Positions 1 through 8,255 of a stretch of 64,000 nt of DNA are shown here, piece by piece; position 1 is the first letter of the stretch, and each line of letters begins with the position of its first letter. The notes beneath the pieces were generated by a model. The model did no database searches. It was not told where the DNA came from and saw only the letters and a list, made by a program, of their open reading frames with translations. Source of the DNA: an uncultured delta proteobacterium (GTDB lineage Bacteria > Myxococcota_A > UBA9160 > SMWR01); NCBI GenBank assembly GCA_963832165.1, contig CAWHTE010000004.1, forward strand, positions 576,001 to 640,000, read 5' to 3'. Both the position numbers and the translations under genes were made by a program.

Positions 1-2
1 GC

Positions 3-236
3 CCCGAGAAGTACCGCGAGTACGCGCGCGCGATCGGGCTCGACCTCGCGCGATTCGATCGCGACGTCGCGGATGCCTCGACGAAGCAGCGCATCGACGC
101 CGACGCCGCCGAAGCGGCGCAGCTCGGCATCAGCGGCACGCCGGCGTTCTTCGTGAACGGCCGCTACCTGGCCGGCGCGGTTCCGTTCGAGCAGATCAAG
201 GTGCTGCTCGACGAGGATCTCGGGAAGGCAGGCTAG
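3..236 (+). CDS. DsbA/thioredoxin-fold protein, C-terminal part (5' truncated by window)
   Basis: Own translation: ...AIGLDLARFDRDV...AAQLGISGTPAFFVNGRYLAGAVPFEQIKVLLDEDL*, containing the GTP-x-F-x-VNG cis-Pro motif of DsbA-like proteins. Confidence 0.8.
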   Translation, partial: PEKYREYARAIGLDLARFDRDVADASTKQRIDADAAEAAQLGISGTPAFFVNGRYLAGAVPFEQIKVLLDEDLGKAG

Positions 237-337
237 GCAAGGAGGCCGACGAAGTCGGCCGACGCGCAGCGAGGCGGAGCCGAGCGAAGGCCGGGAGCCC
301 GAGCGCGAGCGATCAGCGAGCGCGAAGGCCCGGCAAG
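237..337 (+). repeat. Dispersed structured repeat, long form (copy A1)
   Basis: 101 nt; 4 mismatches to 56749-56849; near-identical to reverse complement of 61693-61791; hairpin GGCCGAC-GAA-GTCGGCC. Confidence 0.95.
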
Positions 338-342
338 AGGGC

Positions 343-588
343 CTATTCGCGCCCGCTGCGCGGGTGCACCGTGATGCAGTCGACCCAGAGGTCGTGCACG
401 AACAGTGCGCTGTCGCGGATCGCGACCTTGCAGCTCTTCTGATCCGGGCTCACCTCGAGCAGGAGGCCCTTGCCGGACCAGAAGCTGCCCGAGCGCGAGT
501 CGACGAACACGGGCGTACCGCCGTTGGGCATCAGGCACCCGCTCGTGGCGAGCGCGGCGAACAGGCATGCCGCGAGCCGTTTGGGCAT
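343..588 (-). CDS. Small hypothetical lipoprotein
   Basis: Signal peptide with lipobox-like ATSGC; further Cys pair in the mature part. Confidence 0.65.
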   Translation of the reverse strand: MPKRLAACLFAALATSGCLMPNGGTPVFVDSRSGSFWSGKGLLLEVSPDQKSCKVAIRDSALFVHDLWVDCITVHPRSGRE

Positions 589-654
589 GAGCGGCTCTTC
601 GGCGGTGCGCGCGCGCGGCTGAAGCGATTGGCCGAAAAGGTGGGAAACATGTCA

Positions 655-689
655 TTGCGGCCAAGCGCGCGCACTGTCAGGCTTGGGCC
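655..689 (+). promoter_or_regulatory. Candidate sigma70 promoter giving a leaderless transcript
   Basis: TTGCGG-17 nt-CAGGCT with extended TG; ATG at 690 lies 6 nt downstream. Confidence 0.5.
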
Positions 690-1796
690 ATGCCGCGCCG
701 AAAGCCCAGCTCCCGACGTCCCGCGCCGCGTCGCGCCGCGAGCTTTGCGCCGCGCGGACCGCGGCGGATCGTGATGCTCGCGTTCCCGGACGCCCAGATC
801 CTCGACGTGACGGGGCCGCTCGAGGTGTTCGCGATCGCATCGCGGCTGCTCTCCGAGAGGCAGGTTTCGCGCAGCGAGCCAAAGGCGAGCGAAGTCCACA
901 AGGCGAGCCGCGATGCGGGCTACCGCTTGGAGCTCGTCGCCGCGAACGCGGGACCCGTGCGCATGAGCTCGGGTCTCGAGCTCGTGGCGCAGCGCGCGCT
1001 GCGCGAGGTGCGTGGCCCCATCGACACGCTGTTCGTCGCGGGCGGCGAGGGCACTCGGCGCGCCGCGGGAGACGCCCAGACGATCGACTGGATCCGGCGC
1101 ATGGACGCGCGAGCGCGGCGCATGGCCGGGGTGTGCACGGGCGCGTTCCTGCTCGCGCGCGCAGGGCTGCTCGACGGTCGCCGCGCCACCACCCACTGGC
1201 GCAGCTGCGGCGAGCTCGCGCGGCGGTTCCCGCGCATCCGGGTCGAGCCCGACCGCATCTACGTGCGCGACGGGCGCATCGCGACGTCTGCGGGCGTCAC
1301 CGCGGGCATGGACCTCGCGCTGGCGCTGCTCGAGGATGATCTGGGCGGCGAGCTCGCGCGCGACGTCGCTCGGCACCTGGTGCTCTTCCTGCGGCGGCCC
1401 GGCGGGCAGTCGCAGTTCAGCGTCCAGCTCGCGAGCCCGCTCGCGGGCCGACCCTCGCTGCGCGAGCTGCAGAGCTGGATCCACGAGCACCCCGATGCCG
1501 ATCTCGGCGTCGACGTGCTCGCGCGGCGCATGGGTATGAGCCCGCGCAATTTTGCGCGCATCTTCACGCGCGAGCTCGCGCTGACCCCCGCGCGCTATGT
1601 CGAGCGCGCGCGCGTGGAAGCCGCGCGCCAATGGCTCGAGGATTCGCGCGCGGGACTCGACGAGGTGGCGTCCGCGTGCGGATTCGGCAGCGCAGAGACG
1701 CTCCGGCGCGCCTTCCAGCGCCTGCTGCGTGTCTCGCCCTCCGCCTATCGCGACGCATTCGCGCAACAGAGATCTCGGAAGGAGATACGAGCATGA
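690..1796 (+). CDS. GlxA-family transcriptional regulator (DJ-1/PfpI-like domain plus AraC HTH)
   Basis: LDVTGPLEVF, VCTGAFLLA, ATTHW, TSAGVTAGMD, RRPGGQSQFS, C-terminal CGFGSAETLRRAF. Confidence 0.92.
   Translation: MPRRKPSSRRPAPRRAASFAPRGPRRIVMLAFPDAQILDVTGPLEVFAIASRLLSERQVSRSEPKASEVHKASRDAGYRLELVAANAGPVRMSSGLELVAQRALREVRGPIDTLFVAGGEGTRRAAGDAQTIDWIRRMDARARRMAGVCTGAFLLARAGLLDGRRATTHWRSCGELARRFPRIRVEPDRIYVRDGRIATSAGVTAGMDLALALLEDDLGGELARDVARHLVLFLRRPGGQSQFSVQLASPLAGRPSLRELQSWIHEHPDADLGVDVLARRMGMSPRNFARIFTRELALTPARYVERARVEAARQWLEDSRAGLDEVASACGFGSAETLRRAFQRLLRVSPSAYRDAFAQQRSRKEIRA
864..894 (+). repeat. Dispersed repeat, short form (copy B1), inside the GlxA-family CDS
   Basis: GTTTCGCGCAGCGAGCCAAAGGCGAGCGAAG, identical to 54320-54350. 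Confidence 0.9.
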
Positions 1797-2386
1797 CCAC
1801 GATCGGTTTGTTGTTGTTCGATGGCGCCGAGGAGCTCGACTTCGTGGGTCCCTGGGAGGTGTTCACGATGGCGGCGCTGCTGCGCGACGACGTGCGCGTG
1901 GTGACGATCGCGGAGAGCGCGGAGCCGGTGCGCTGCGCGAAGGGGATGCGCGTGCTCCCGGACCACACGCTCGCCGACGCGCCCGCGCTCGACGTCGTGC
2001 TCGTGCCGGGCGGGCACGGCACGCGACGCGAAGTGGACAACCCGGTGCTGATCGATTGGCTGCGGCGGATCGCGCCCGGGCTGCGCTGGGTGACGAGCGT
2101 GTGCACGGGCGCACTGCTCTTGTGCGAGGCCGGGCTCGCGCGCGGCCGGCGCGTCACCACGCACTGGGCGTTCGTGACGGACCTGCGCAAGCGCTACCCG
2201 GACGTCAGCGTGCTCGAGGACGTGCGCTATGTGCGCGACGGCGACCTCTGCACTGCGGCGGGAGTCTCGGCGGGCATCGACCTCGCGCTCTGGCTCGCGG
2301 GGCAGCTCTGGGGGGTCGAAACGGCGCGCCGGACCCGGCGCAACATGGAGTACGATCCGGCGCCGCCGTACGCGGCGGAGATCTAG
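1793..2386 (+). CDS. DJ-1/PfpI family protein (isonitrile hydratase-like)
   Basis: ATGA overlap with upstream stop; EELDFVGPWEVF, LVPGG, SVCTGALLL, TTHW, AAGVSAGID, MEYDPAPP. Confidence 0.9.
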   Translation: MTTIGLLLFDGAEELDFVGPWEVFTMAALLRDDVRVVTIAESAEPVRCAKGMRVLPDHTLADAPALDVVLVPGGHGTRREVDNPVLIDWLRRIAPGLRWVTSVCTGALLLCEAGLARGRRVTTHWAFVTDLRKRYPDVSVLEDVRYVRDGDLCTAAGVSAGIDLALWLAGQLWGVETARRTRRNMEYDPAPPYAAEI

Positions 2387-2400
2387 ACGGGGGAAGGCCG

Positions 2401-3210
2401 CTGCTCGGGTTTCGCCAACGACCGCTGCACAAGTGGCCGCGTCGCCTGAAGACGGCGGTGTTGCACCACTTCAGCAATCGACCGCCCCGCTCGCAGCGCG
2501 TGTACCAGGTGTCGATCGGCGGCGCGCGGTTCAAGCGGATCGTGTTCGCCGATTCCCACCACGCCGCCGCGGTCGCCGCGCGGCTCCAGACGTTCGCGAG
2601 CGAGCGGATCTATCCGGGCCTCGTGTTCGAGCGCGAGCGCGAGCTCTGGGTGGAGTTCATCGAGGGCGAGCAGGTGCAGCGCGCCGACGATGCATTTCTC
2701 GACGCGCTCGCGGCGCTCTTGTGCGTGGTGATGAAGCGCGCACCGCGGCGCGTCCCGCTGCGCGAGACACCGTGGCTCTCGAGCATCGAGGTCGACCTCG
2801 CGTTCCTGGCGCGCGTGGGCGTGCTGCCCGAGCCCGACGCGCTGCGGCTCGCCGCGATCGCGCGCGAGCGCGCTCCCACCGAGGTCTGGGTCGGCTACGA
2901 CGACATCGACACGATCCTCAAGAACTTCGTCTGGGAACGGGGCGGGGGGCTGCGCGCCGTGGACGTCGAGAGCCTCGGGGCCGACGTGCTGATCGGCACC
3001 AGCGCCGCGAAGGCCTCGGTGCGCTGGCTCGGTGACCGGAGAGAGGAATTTCTCTCGCGGATCAAAGAGCTTGGGGCTCCAGACTTCGCGTCCTACTTCG
3101 ACTTCGTCGAGCTCTCGTTCCGGGCGTTCTGGCAGAAGTCGTCGTTCCTCGAGAAGAAGCACCACTTCGTGGACCCCGGGGTCTTCACGCGATTCCTGGC
3201 CGCGAAATGA
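2401..3210 (+). CDS. Hypothetical protein, possibly kinase/phosphotransferase-like fold; start uncertain
   Basis: Protein-like composition in the 3' half of ORF 1597-3210; YDDIDTILKNFV and AVDVE resemble the D-x4-N and DxE motifs; stop overlaps next ATG. Confidence 0.55.
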   Translation: MLGFRQRPLHKWPRRLKTAVLHHFSNRPPRSQRVYQVSIGGARFKRIVFADSHHAAAVAARLQTFASERIYPGLVFERERELWVEFIEGEQVQRADDAFLDALAALLCVVMKRAPRRVPLRETPWLSSIEVDLAFLARVGVLPEPDALRLAAIARERAPTEVWVGYDDIDTILKNFVWERGGGLRAVDVESLGADVLIGTSAAKASVRWLGDRREEFLSRIKELGAPDFASYFDFVELSFRAFWQKSSFLEKKHHFVDPGVFTRFLAAK

Positions 3211-4454
3211 GCGGGTCCGGGCGCCACGTCGCGCTGTTCATCCGCTCGCTGGGCTCGCATGGCGCGGGCGGTGAACGCGTGGTGCTCACGCTCGCCGAGG
3301 CGTTCGCTGCGCGTGGGCACCGCGTGGACCTCGTGCTCGGGCGGCGCAAGGGTCATCTCGCCGACATCGCGCCGCGCGGTGTGCGCGTGATCGATCTCGG
3401 GGTGCGCAGCCGGCTGCCGCTGCTCGAGCTGGTGCTGCGCGATCCGCGCTCGGCGCGCGCGATGGGACCCGCGCTCATGGCGCTGCCGCCTCCGTGGATC
3501 CTCGCCGCCGTGCCCGCGCTCGCGGCCTATCTGGATCGCGAGCGGCCCGAGGCGCTGCTCTCGGCGCTCACGTATTCGAACCTCACCGCGCTCTGGGCGC
3601 GCGAGCGCGCACGCTTTCCCGTGCGCGTCGCGATCTGCGAGTACAACACGATGGGCGTGCGCTCGGCGCAGTCGCGCGCGCGCCGATGGCGCGTGATGCC
3701 GGTCGTGGCGGAGCGCTGGTACCCGCGCGCCGACGCGATCCTCGCCTGTTCGCAGGGCGTGGCCGACGATCTCGTGCGCACCGCGCAGCTGCCGCGCGAG
3801 CGGATCACCGTGACCTACAACCCGGTGCCGATCGACGCGATCGAGCAGGCCGCGCGCGAGCCGGTCGCGCACGCATGGCTCGCGCCCGGCGAGCCGCCCG
3901 TCGTGCTCGGCGTCGGGAAGCTCTCGGCGCAGAAGGCCTTCGACGTGCTGCTGCGCGCGTTCGCGCGCGTGCGCGCCGCGCGTCCGGCGCGGCTCGTGAT
4001 CCTGGGTGAAGGTCCGGGTCGGCGCGCGCTCGAGCAGCTCGCGCGCGAGCTCGGGATCGCGGACGACGTCGCGCTGCCGGGCTTCGTAGCGAACCCGTAC
4101 GCGTGGATGGCGCGCAGCGCGGTCTTCGCGCTGAGCTCGCGCTGGGAGGGCCTGCCGACCGTGCTGATCGAGGCGCTCGCGTCCGGCTGCGCGGTGGTGA
4201 GCACGGATTGCCCGAGCGGGCCCGCCGAGATCCTCGACGGCGGCAAGCTCGGACCGCTCGTGCCGGTCGGTGATTCCGCGCTGCTCGCCGACGCGATCGC
4301 GCGAACGCTCGACGCGCCCGCGGACGCTTCCGCACTCCGCGCACGCGCGCGCGATTTCTCGGTCGATGCCGTGACGCCGCGCTATCTCGACGCGCTGCTG
4401 CCCGCGGCCACGCGCGACACGAACGCGGCGAGCCGATCCGCCACCGTGGAATAG
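3207..4454 (+). CDS. Glycosyltransferase family 4
   Basis: GAGGERV, VGKLSAQKAFD, SSRWEGLPTVLIEALASG, STDCPSGPAEIL. Confidence 0.92.
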   Translation: MSGSGRHVALFIRSLGSHGAGGERVVLTLAEAFAARGHRVDLVLGRRKGHLADIAPRGVRVIDLGVRSRLPLLELVLRDPRSARAMGPALMALPPPWILAAVPALAAYLDRERPEALLSALTYSNLTALWARERARFPVRVAICEYNTMGVRSAQSRARRWRVMPVVAERWYPRADAILACSQGVADDLVRTAQLPRERITVTYNPVPIDAIEQAAREPVAHAWLAPGEPPVVLGVGKLSAQKAFDVLLRAFARVRAARPARLVILGEGPGRRALEQLARELGIADDVALPGFVANPYAWMARSAVFALSSRWEGLPTVLIEALASGCAVVSTDCPSGPAEILDGGKLGPLVPVGDSALLADAIARTLDAPADASALRARARDFSVDAVTPRYLDALLPAATRDTNAASRSATVE

Positions 4455-5380
4455 CCGTAGTCGCACGCCGTCTCGCGGCCGGCGCGCCCGATCTGCTCGC
4501 GCAGCGCGAAGTTGCCCGCGAGCGCCGCGAGCGCGTCGATCCAGTCGCGCTCGCTGCGCGCGAGCATGCCGTTGCGGCCGGACTCGATCAGGTCGGCGTT
4601 CATGCCCACGTCGCTTCCCACCGCGGGAACACCCGCGGCCATGTACTGGAGCAGCTTGTAGGCGCACTTCCCGCGCGACCACGGCTCGTCGAGCGAGAGC
4701 GGCATGATTCCGGCGTCGAAGCTCGCCACCGCCGCTGCTTCGCCGTCGCGCGTCCAGCGCACGTTCTCGACGCGGCAGCCGGGCAGCTCGAGCTCGCCGT
4801 CGCTCACACACACGAACTCGAGCGGAATCCGGCGCGCGAGCTCGGCGAGCGCCGCTCCGATCTCGCGCACGTAGACGAGGTTCGTCGTGCGCCCCACCCA
4901 GCCGACGCGGAACGGCGTCGCCGAAGCGCGCGGCGCGTGGATCGGCACGTCGAGCGGGACCGCCGAGGGCACGATCGCGGTCGGGAGATCGCCGCACTGC
5001 GCGGCCAGGAAGGCATTGCCGCACGTGGCGGCGTCCGAACACGCGAGCGCGCGCGCAAAGCCGGCGGACCGCCGGCGCCGCGTCCACGCGCCGCGCAGCC
5101 CCGTGCGCCGGCCCCACATCACCGCGTCGTCGAAGTCGAAGATCCGCGCGGCGGGAAGCGCGCGCCAGAAGCGCGCCTCGCGCTGGGTGGGCCGCGCGCG
5201 GTGGATCAGCACCACGTCGCCCGGCGCGACCGACGCGCGCAGCTCGCTGCGCGCGCGGGCGTCGCCCGGATACGCGATCACGCGACAGGCGATCCCGCGC
5301 TGCTCGAGGTGCGGGGCCATCTGGACGAGCCGGATCCGGGTCGAGGCGGTGTGCGCCTTCTCGTAGACGAGGTGGAGCAT
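4382..5380 (-). CDS. Glycosyltransferase family 4
   Basis: MLHLVYEKAH start; IFDFDDAV, VGWVG, SRGKCAYKLLQYMAAGVPAVGSDVG. Confidence 0.88.
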   Translation of the reverse strand: MLHLVYEKAHTASTRIRLVQMAPHLEQRGIACRVIAYPGDARARSELRASVAPGDVVLIHRARPTQREARFWRALPAARIFDFDDAVMWGRRTGLRGAWTRRRRSAGFARALACSDAATCGNAFLAAQCGDLPTAIVPSAVPLDVPIHAPRASATPFRVGWVGRTTNLVYVREIGAALAELARRIPLEFVCVSDGELELPGCRVENVRWTRDGEAAAVASFDAGIMPLSLDEPWSRGKCAYKLLQYMAAGVPAVGSDVGMNADLIESGRNGMLARSERDWIDALAALAGNFALREQIGRAGRETACDYGYSTVADRLAAFVSRVAAGSSASR

Positions 5381-5428
5381 CGCCGAAAAGCTAGCGGGAT
5401 CGCGGAGCGCCGATACGCTCCCGCGCCG

Positions 5429-6640
5429 ATGCGGGCGCAACGATGGTGGATCGGCGTCGCGTGCGCGGTCGCGCCGGTGATCCTGATCGCGTTCGGCACG
5501 TCGCCGGGCGTGGCGCTCATCGCGATTCCGATCGTGCTCGCGGTCGCGCGCGTGAGCGGGTTGGGCAGCGCGCTCATGCTGGTCGGCTCGAGCGCGGCCG
5601 CGCTCGGGCTCTACGCGGTCGTGCTGCACGTGTCGGGGCTCGACGAGGCGATCTACTACCGGTTCCACGAGCGCTTCGCGACGTGGGATCCGCGCTACGA
5701 GCACCGCGCCTATCGGTCCGGCATCTCCTGGCAGGCGCTCGAGCCCTACGGCGATCTCCAGGCGCTCACGCGCGAGCCGATCGCAGAGCCGCGCCACGTG
5801 CTCTTCCACAGCGACTCCGAGGGATTCCGCAACGACGCCGACTACGCGGACGAGCGGTGGGTGCTCGTGGGCGATTCGTTCGTGGTGGGCGTCGGCTGCA
5901 GCCAGTCCGAGATCCTGCAGTCTCGCCTCGCGGACCGCGGGATCTCCGCCTACAACCTCGCGCACCCGGGCGGGCCGCTCGACTACGAGTCGTACTGGCG
6001 CGCATTCGTCGCGCGCCACGGACGCACTTCGCGCCCGGTGTTGTTCCTGTTCGAGGGCAACGATTTTCCCGAGACGGTCGGCGCGCGCGAGAAGGCGGGC
6101 TGGTGGGTTGCGATCGACCACGGCGTGCGCGACGTGGTCGCTCCGCTCACGCGCCTGTCGACCTATCGCGTGTCGCGCTCGCTCGTCGCGCGCTTCCGCA
6201 AGCGCGGCGAGCTCGGCGCAGAGCAGGTGCTCATGCTGCCGCTCGCGGGCGCGAGGCTCGCGTTCTGGCAGCGCGAGCTCGTCCACGCGCGCAGGACCGA
6301 GCTCGAGGACATGGCGCTCACCGACGCCTCGTTCGCGCGCATGGCCCCCGATCTCGCGGCCGTGTTCTTCATCCCGACCAAGTACCGCGTGTATCAGCGC
6401 TGGCTCGCGCCCGACGAGCAGCTGCCCAACGCGAGCTGGCAGCACCTCGCGCGGCTGTGCGCGCAGTACAGCGTGCCGTGCACGGATCTCACGCCCGCGC
6501 TCGTGCGGCGCTCCGAGGAGCTGCTTCCGCAGGGCCGCTTCACCTGGTGGAAAGACGACACGCACTGGAACGGGGAGGGCATCGACGCGGCCGCGCAGCG
6601 CGTCGCCGAAGTGCTGCGCTCCCTGGGAGGGCGTTCGTGA
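5429..6640 (+). CDS. Membrane-anchored SGNH hydrolase-like protein (AlgX/AlgJ-like O-acetyltransferase)
   Basis: N-terminal hydrophobic segments; LVGDSF block I, FEGND, DDTHWN (DxH). Confidence 0.75.
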   Translation: MRAQRWWIGVACAVAPVILIAFGTSPGVALIAIPIVLAVARVSGLGSALMLVGSSAAALGLYAVVLHVSGLDEAIYYRFHERFATWDPRYEHRAYRSGISWQALEPYGDLQALTREPIAEPRHVLFHSDSEGFRNDADYADERWVLVGDSFVVGVGCSQSEILQSRLADRGISAYNLAHPGGPLDYESYWRAFVARHGRTSRPVLFLFEGNDFPETVGAREKAGWWVAIDHGVRDVVAPLTRLSTYRVSRSLVARFRKRGELGAEQVLMLPLAGARLAFWQRELVHARRTELEDMALTDASFARMAPDLAAVFFIPTKYRVYQRWLAPDEQLPNASWQHLARLCAQYSVPCTDLTPALVRRSEELLPQGRFTWWKDDTHWNGEGIDAAAQRVAEVLRSLGGRS

Positions 6641-7314
6641 AGCTGCGCAAGGCGGTCCGCAACGCGATCTACGCACCGCCGTGGGTCTCGCGCTGGATCA
6701 CCAATCGCTTTCACAAGCTCTACTACTACCGCCGCGCGCAGACGTGGCGGAACACGCGTTGGCTCGGCACCGACGTGCTCAAGTGTCCCCTCGACCTGTG
6801 GATCTACCAGGAGCTGCTCCACGAGCTGCAGCCCGACTGGATCATCGAGACGGGCACCGCGTTCGGTGGCAGCGCGAGCTATCTCGCGTCGCTGTGCGAC
6901 GTGCTCGGGCGCGGTCAGGTGCTCACGATCGACCCGATCGAGCGGGAGGGGCGCCCACAGCACCCGCGCATCCACTACCTGCGCGGCCTCTCCACGGACC
7001 GCGAGATCCTCGCGCGCGTAGCCGGCGCGATCGAGGGCGCGGGTTCGGTGCTCGTGCTGCTCGACTCGGACCATTCGTACGAGAACGTGCTCGCGGAGCT
7101 GCGCGCCTATCACGGCTTCGTGACCCCGGGCAGCTACTGCGTCGTGGAGGACGGAAACGTCGGCGGACACCCGGTCGCGCGCGAGTTCGGCGCGGGTCCA
7201 CTCGAGGCCGTGGAGAGCTTCCTCGCCGAGACCGACGCATTCGAGATCGATCGCTCGCGCGAGAAGTTCTACCTGACGTTCAATCCCAGCGGATACTTGC
7301 GCCGTGTGCGTTGA
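6637..7314 (+). CDS. CmcI/rhamnosyl O-methyltransferase family SAM-dependent methyltransferase
   Basis: GTGA overlap; KCPLDLWIYQE, IIETGTAFGGS, LDSDH, VVEDG, TFNPSGYL. Confidence 0.88.
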   Translation: MKLRKAVRNAIYAPPWVSRWITNRFHKLYYYRRAQTWRNTRWLGTDVLKCPLDLWIYQELLHELQPDWIIETGTAFGGSASYLASLCDVLGRGQVLTIDPIEREGRPQHPRIHYLRGLSTDREILARVAGAIEGAGSVLVLLDSDHSYENVLAELRAYHGFVTPGSYCVVEDGNVGGHPVAREFGAGPLEAVESFLAETDAFEIDRSREKFYLTFNPSGYLRRVR

Positions 7315-7381
7315 GGGTGCGGTTGCATCCCCCCAAAAGTGGGGGTTGACTCCGCGCGATACTCGGACGATAAAGGAATCG

Positions 7382-7639
7382 ATGATCGAAGAACGACCTC
7401 GCACCCGACGTGTCCTGCGCAGCCTCGCCGCCGCGCTCGCGCTCGTGCCGCTCGTCGCCATGGGCGCGCGCGCGGACGACTACGATCCGCAGCGAGCGGG
7501 GCATCCCGTGAGGATCCTCGCCTACGTGGTCCATCCGGTCGGCGTGATCGTCGATCTCGTGCTCTTCCGACCCGCGCACTGGATCGGGAGCCTGCCCGTG
7601 CTCGACGAGTTGTTCGGACACGAGCCCTACGACGACTAG
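7382..7639 (+). CDS. Small exported hypothetical protein
   Basis: Signal peptide ending ARA-D; TTGACT box upstream. Confidence 0.65.
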   Translation: MIEERPRTRRVLRSLAAALALVPLVAMGARADDYDPQRAGHPVRILAYVVHPVGVIVDLVLFRPAHWIGSLPVLDELFGHEPYDD

Positions 7640-7703
7640 GTATTCCGCGCCAAAAAGCGCGGGACTCCTATCGCAATGGCCACCACTTGGGTATGCTTAT
7701 TGC

Positions 7704-8255
7704 ATGTCCAAATGGGCGGGTGATGCGGAAAACGGGCTCTCCGTCGGCCAGGCTGCTGCGCTCGCCCTCGCGCTGATCGCCGCATTCGCAGCCGCCCCGA
7801 GCGCTGTGTGGGCCGCAGCCGAAGCCACCTCCCTCGAAGTCCAGGGGATGATCTTCGTGGGCAGTCGCGCCGGCGTGCGCGAGGTGGTGCTGCGGTCGCG
7901 CACGGCCTGGCTGCGGCCCGAGCAGCAGATCGCCGAGCTCAAGGACGTGAGCGCGATCGTGACCGAGGACGACGCGGGCCAGCGCAGCTTCACGATGAAC
8001 TGCGCGCGCGTCGAGCTCGACATCGCGCGCAGCGACTTCCTCGCCGACGGAAACGTGACCGGTGAAACCGCGGAAGGTCAACACTATTCGGCGCCCTGGG
8101 TGCGCTATGTGCACGAGCAGGGCCTGCTCTACACCGACGCGCCGGTCCAGATGAACGACAGCCGCGGGAGCTTTCGAGGCAACGGTTTCCGCTACCACGT
8201 GCACGAGCGGCGCTTCGAGCTGCTCGGCAACGTGCGCGTGGAGCAGCACCCGTGA
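7704..8255 (+). CDS. lptC: LPS export periplasmic protein LptC
   Basis: N-terminal anchor, beta-jellyroll pattern (LLYTDAPVQM...FRGNGFRY...LLGNV); position upstream of lptA-lptB. Confidence 0.75.
   Translation: MSKWAGDAENGLSVGQAAALALALIAAFAAAPSAVWAAAEATSLEVQGMIFVGSRAGVREVVLRSRTAWLRPEQQIAELKDVSAIVTEDDAGQRSFTMNCARVELDIARSDFLADGNVTGETAEGQHYSAPWVRYVHEQGLLYTDAPVQMNDSRGSFRGNGFRYHVHERRFELLGNVRVEQHP

Noticed and set aside
7329..7345. CCCCC-AAAAGT-GGGGG hairpin as terminator
   Set aside because: Short stem and no proper U-tract; not enough support.
7689..7704. GG-N10-GC sigma54-like site before lptC, suggesting rpoN autoregulation
   Set aside because: It would put the start site inside the CDS; the TATGCT -10 box 6 nt before the ATG explains the sequence better. 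A repressive overlap is not excluded.
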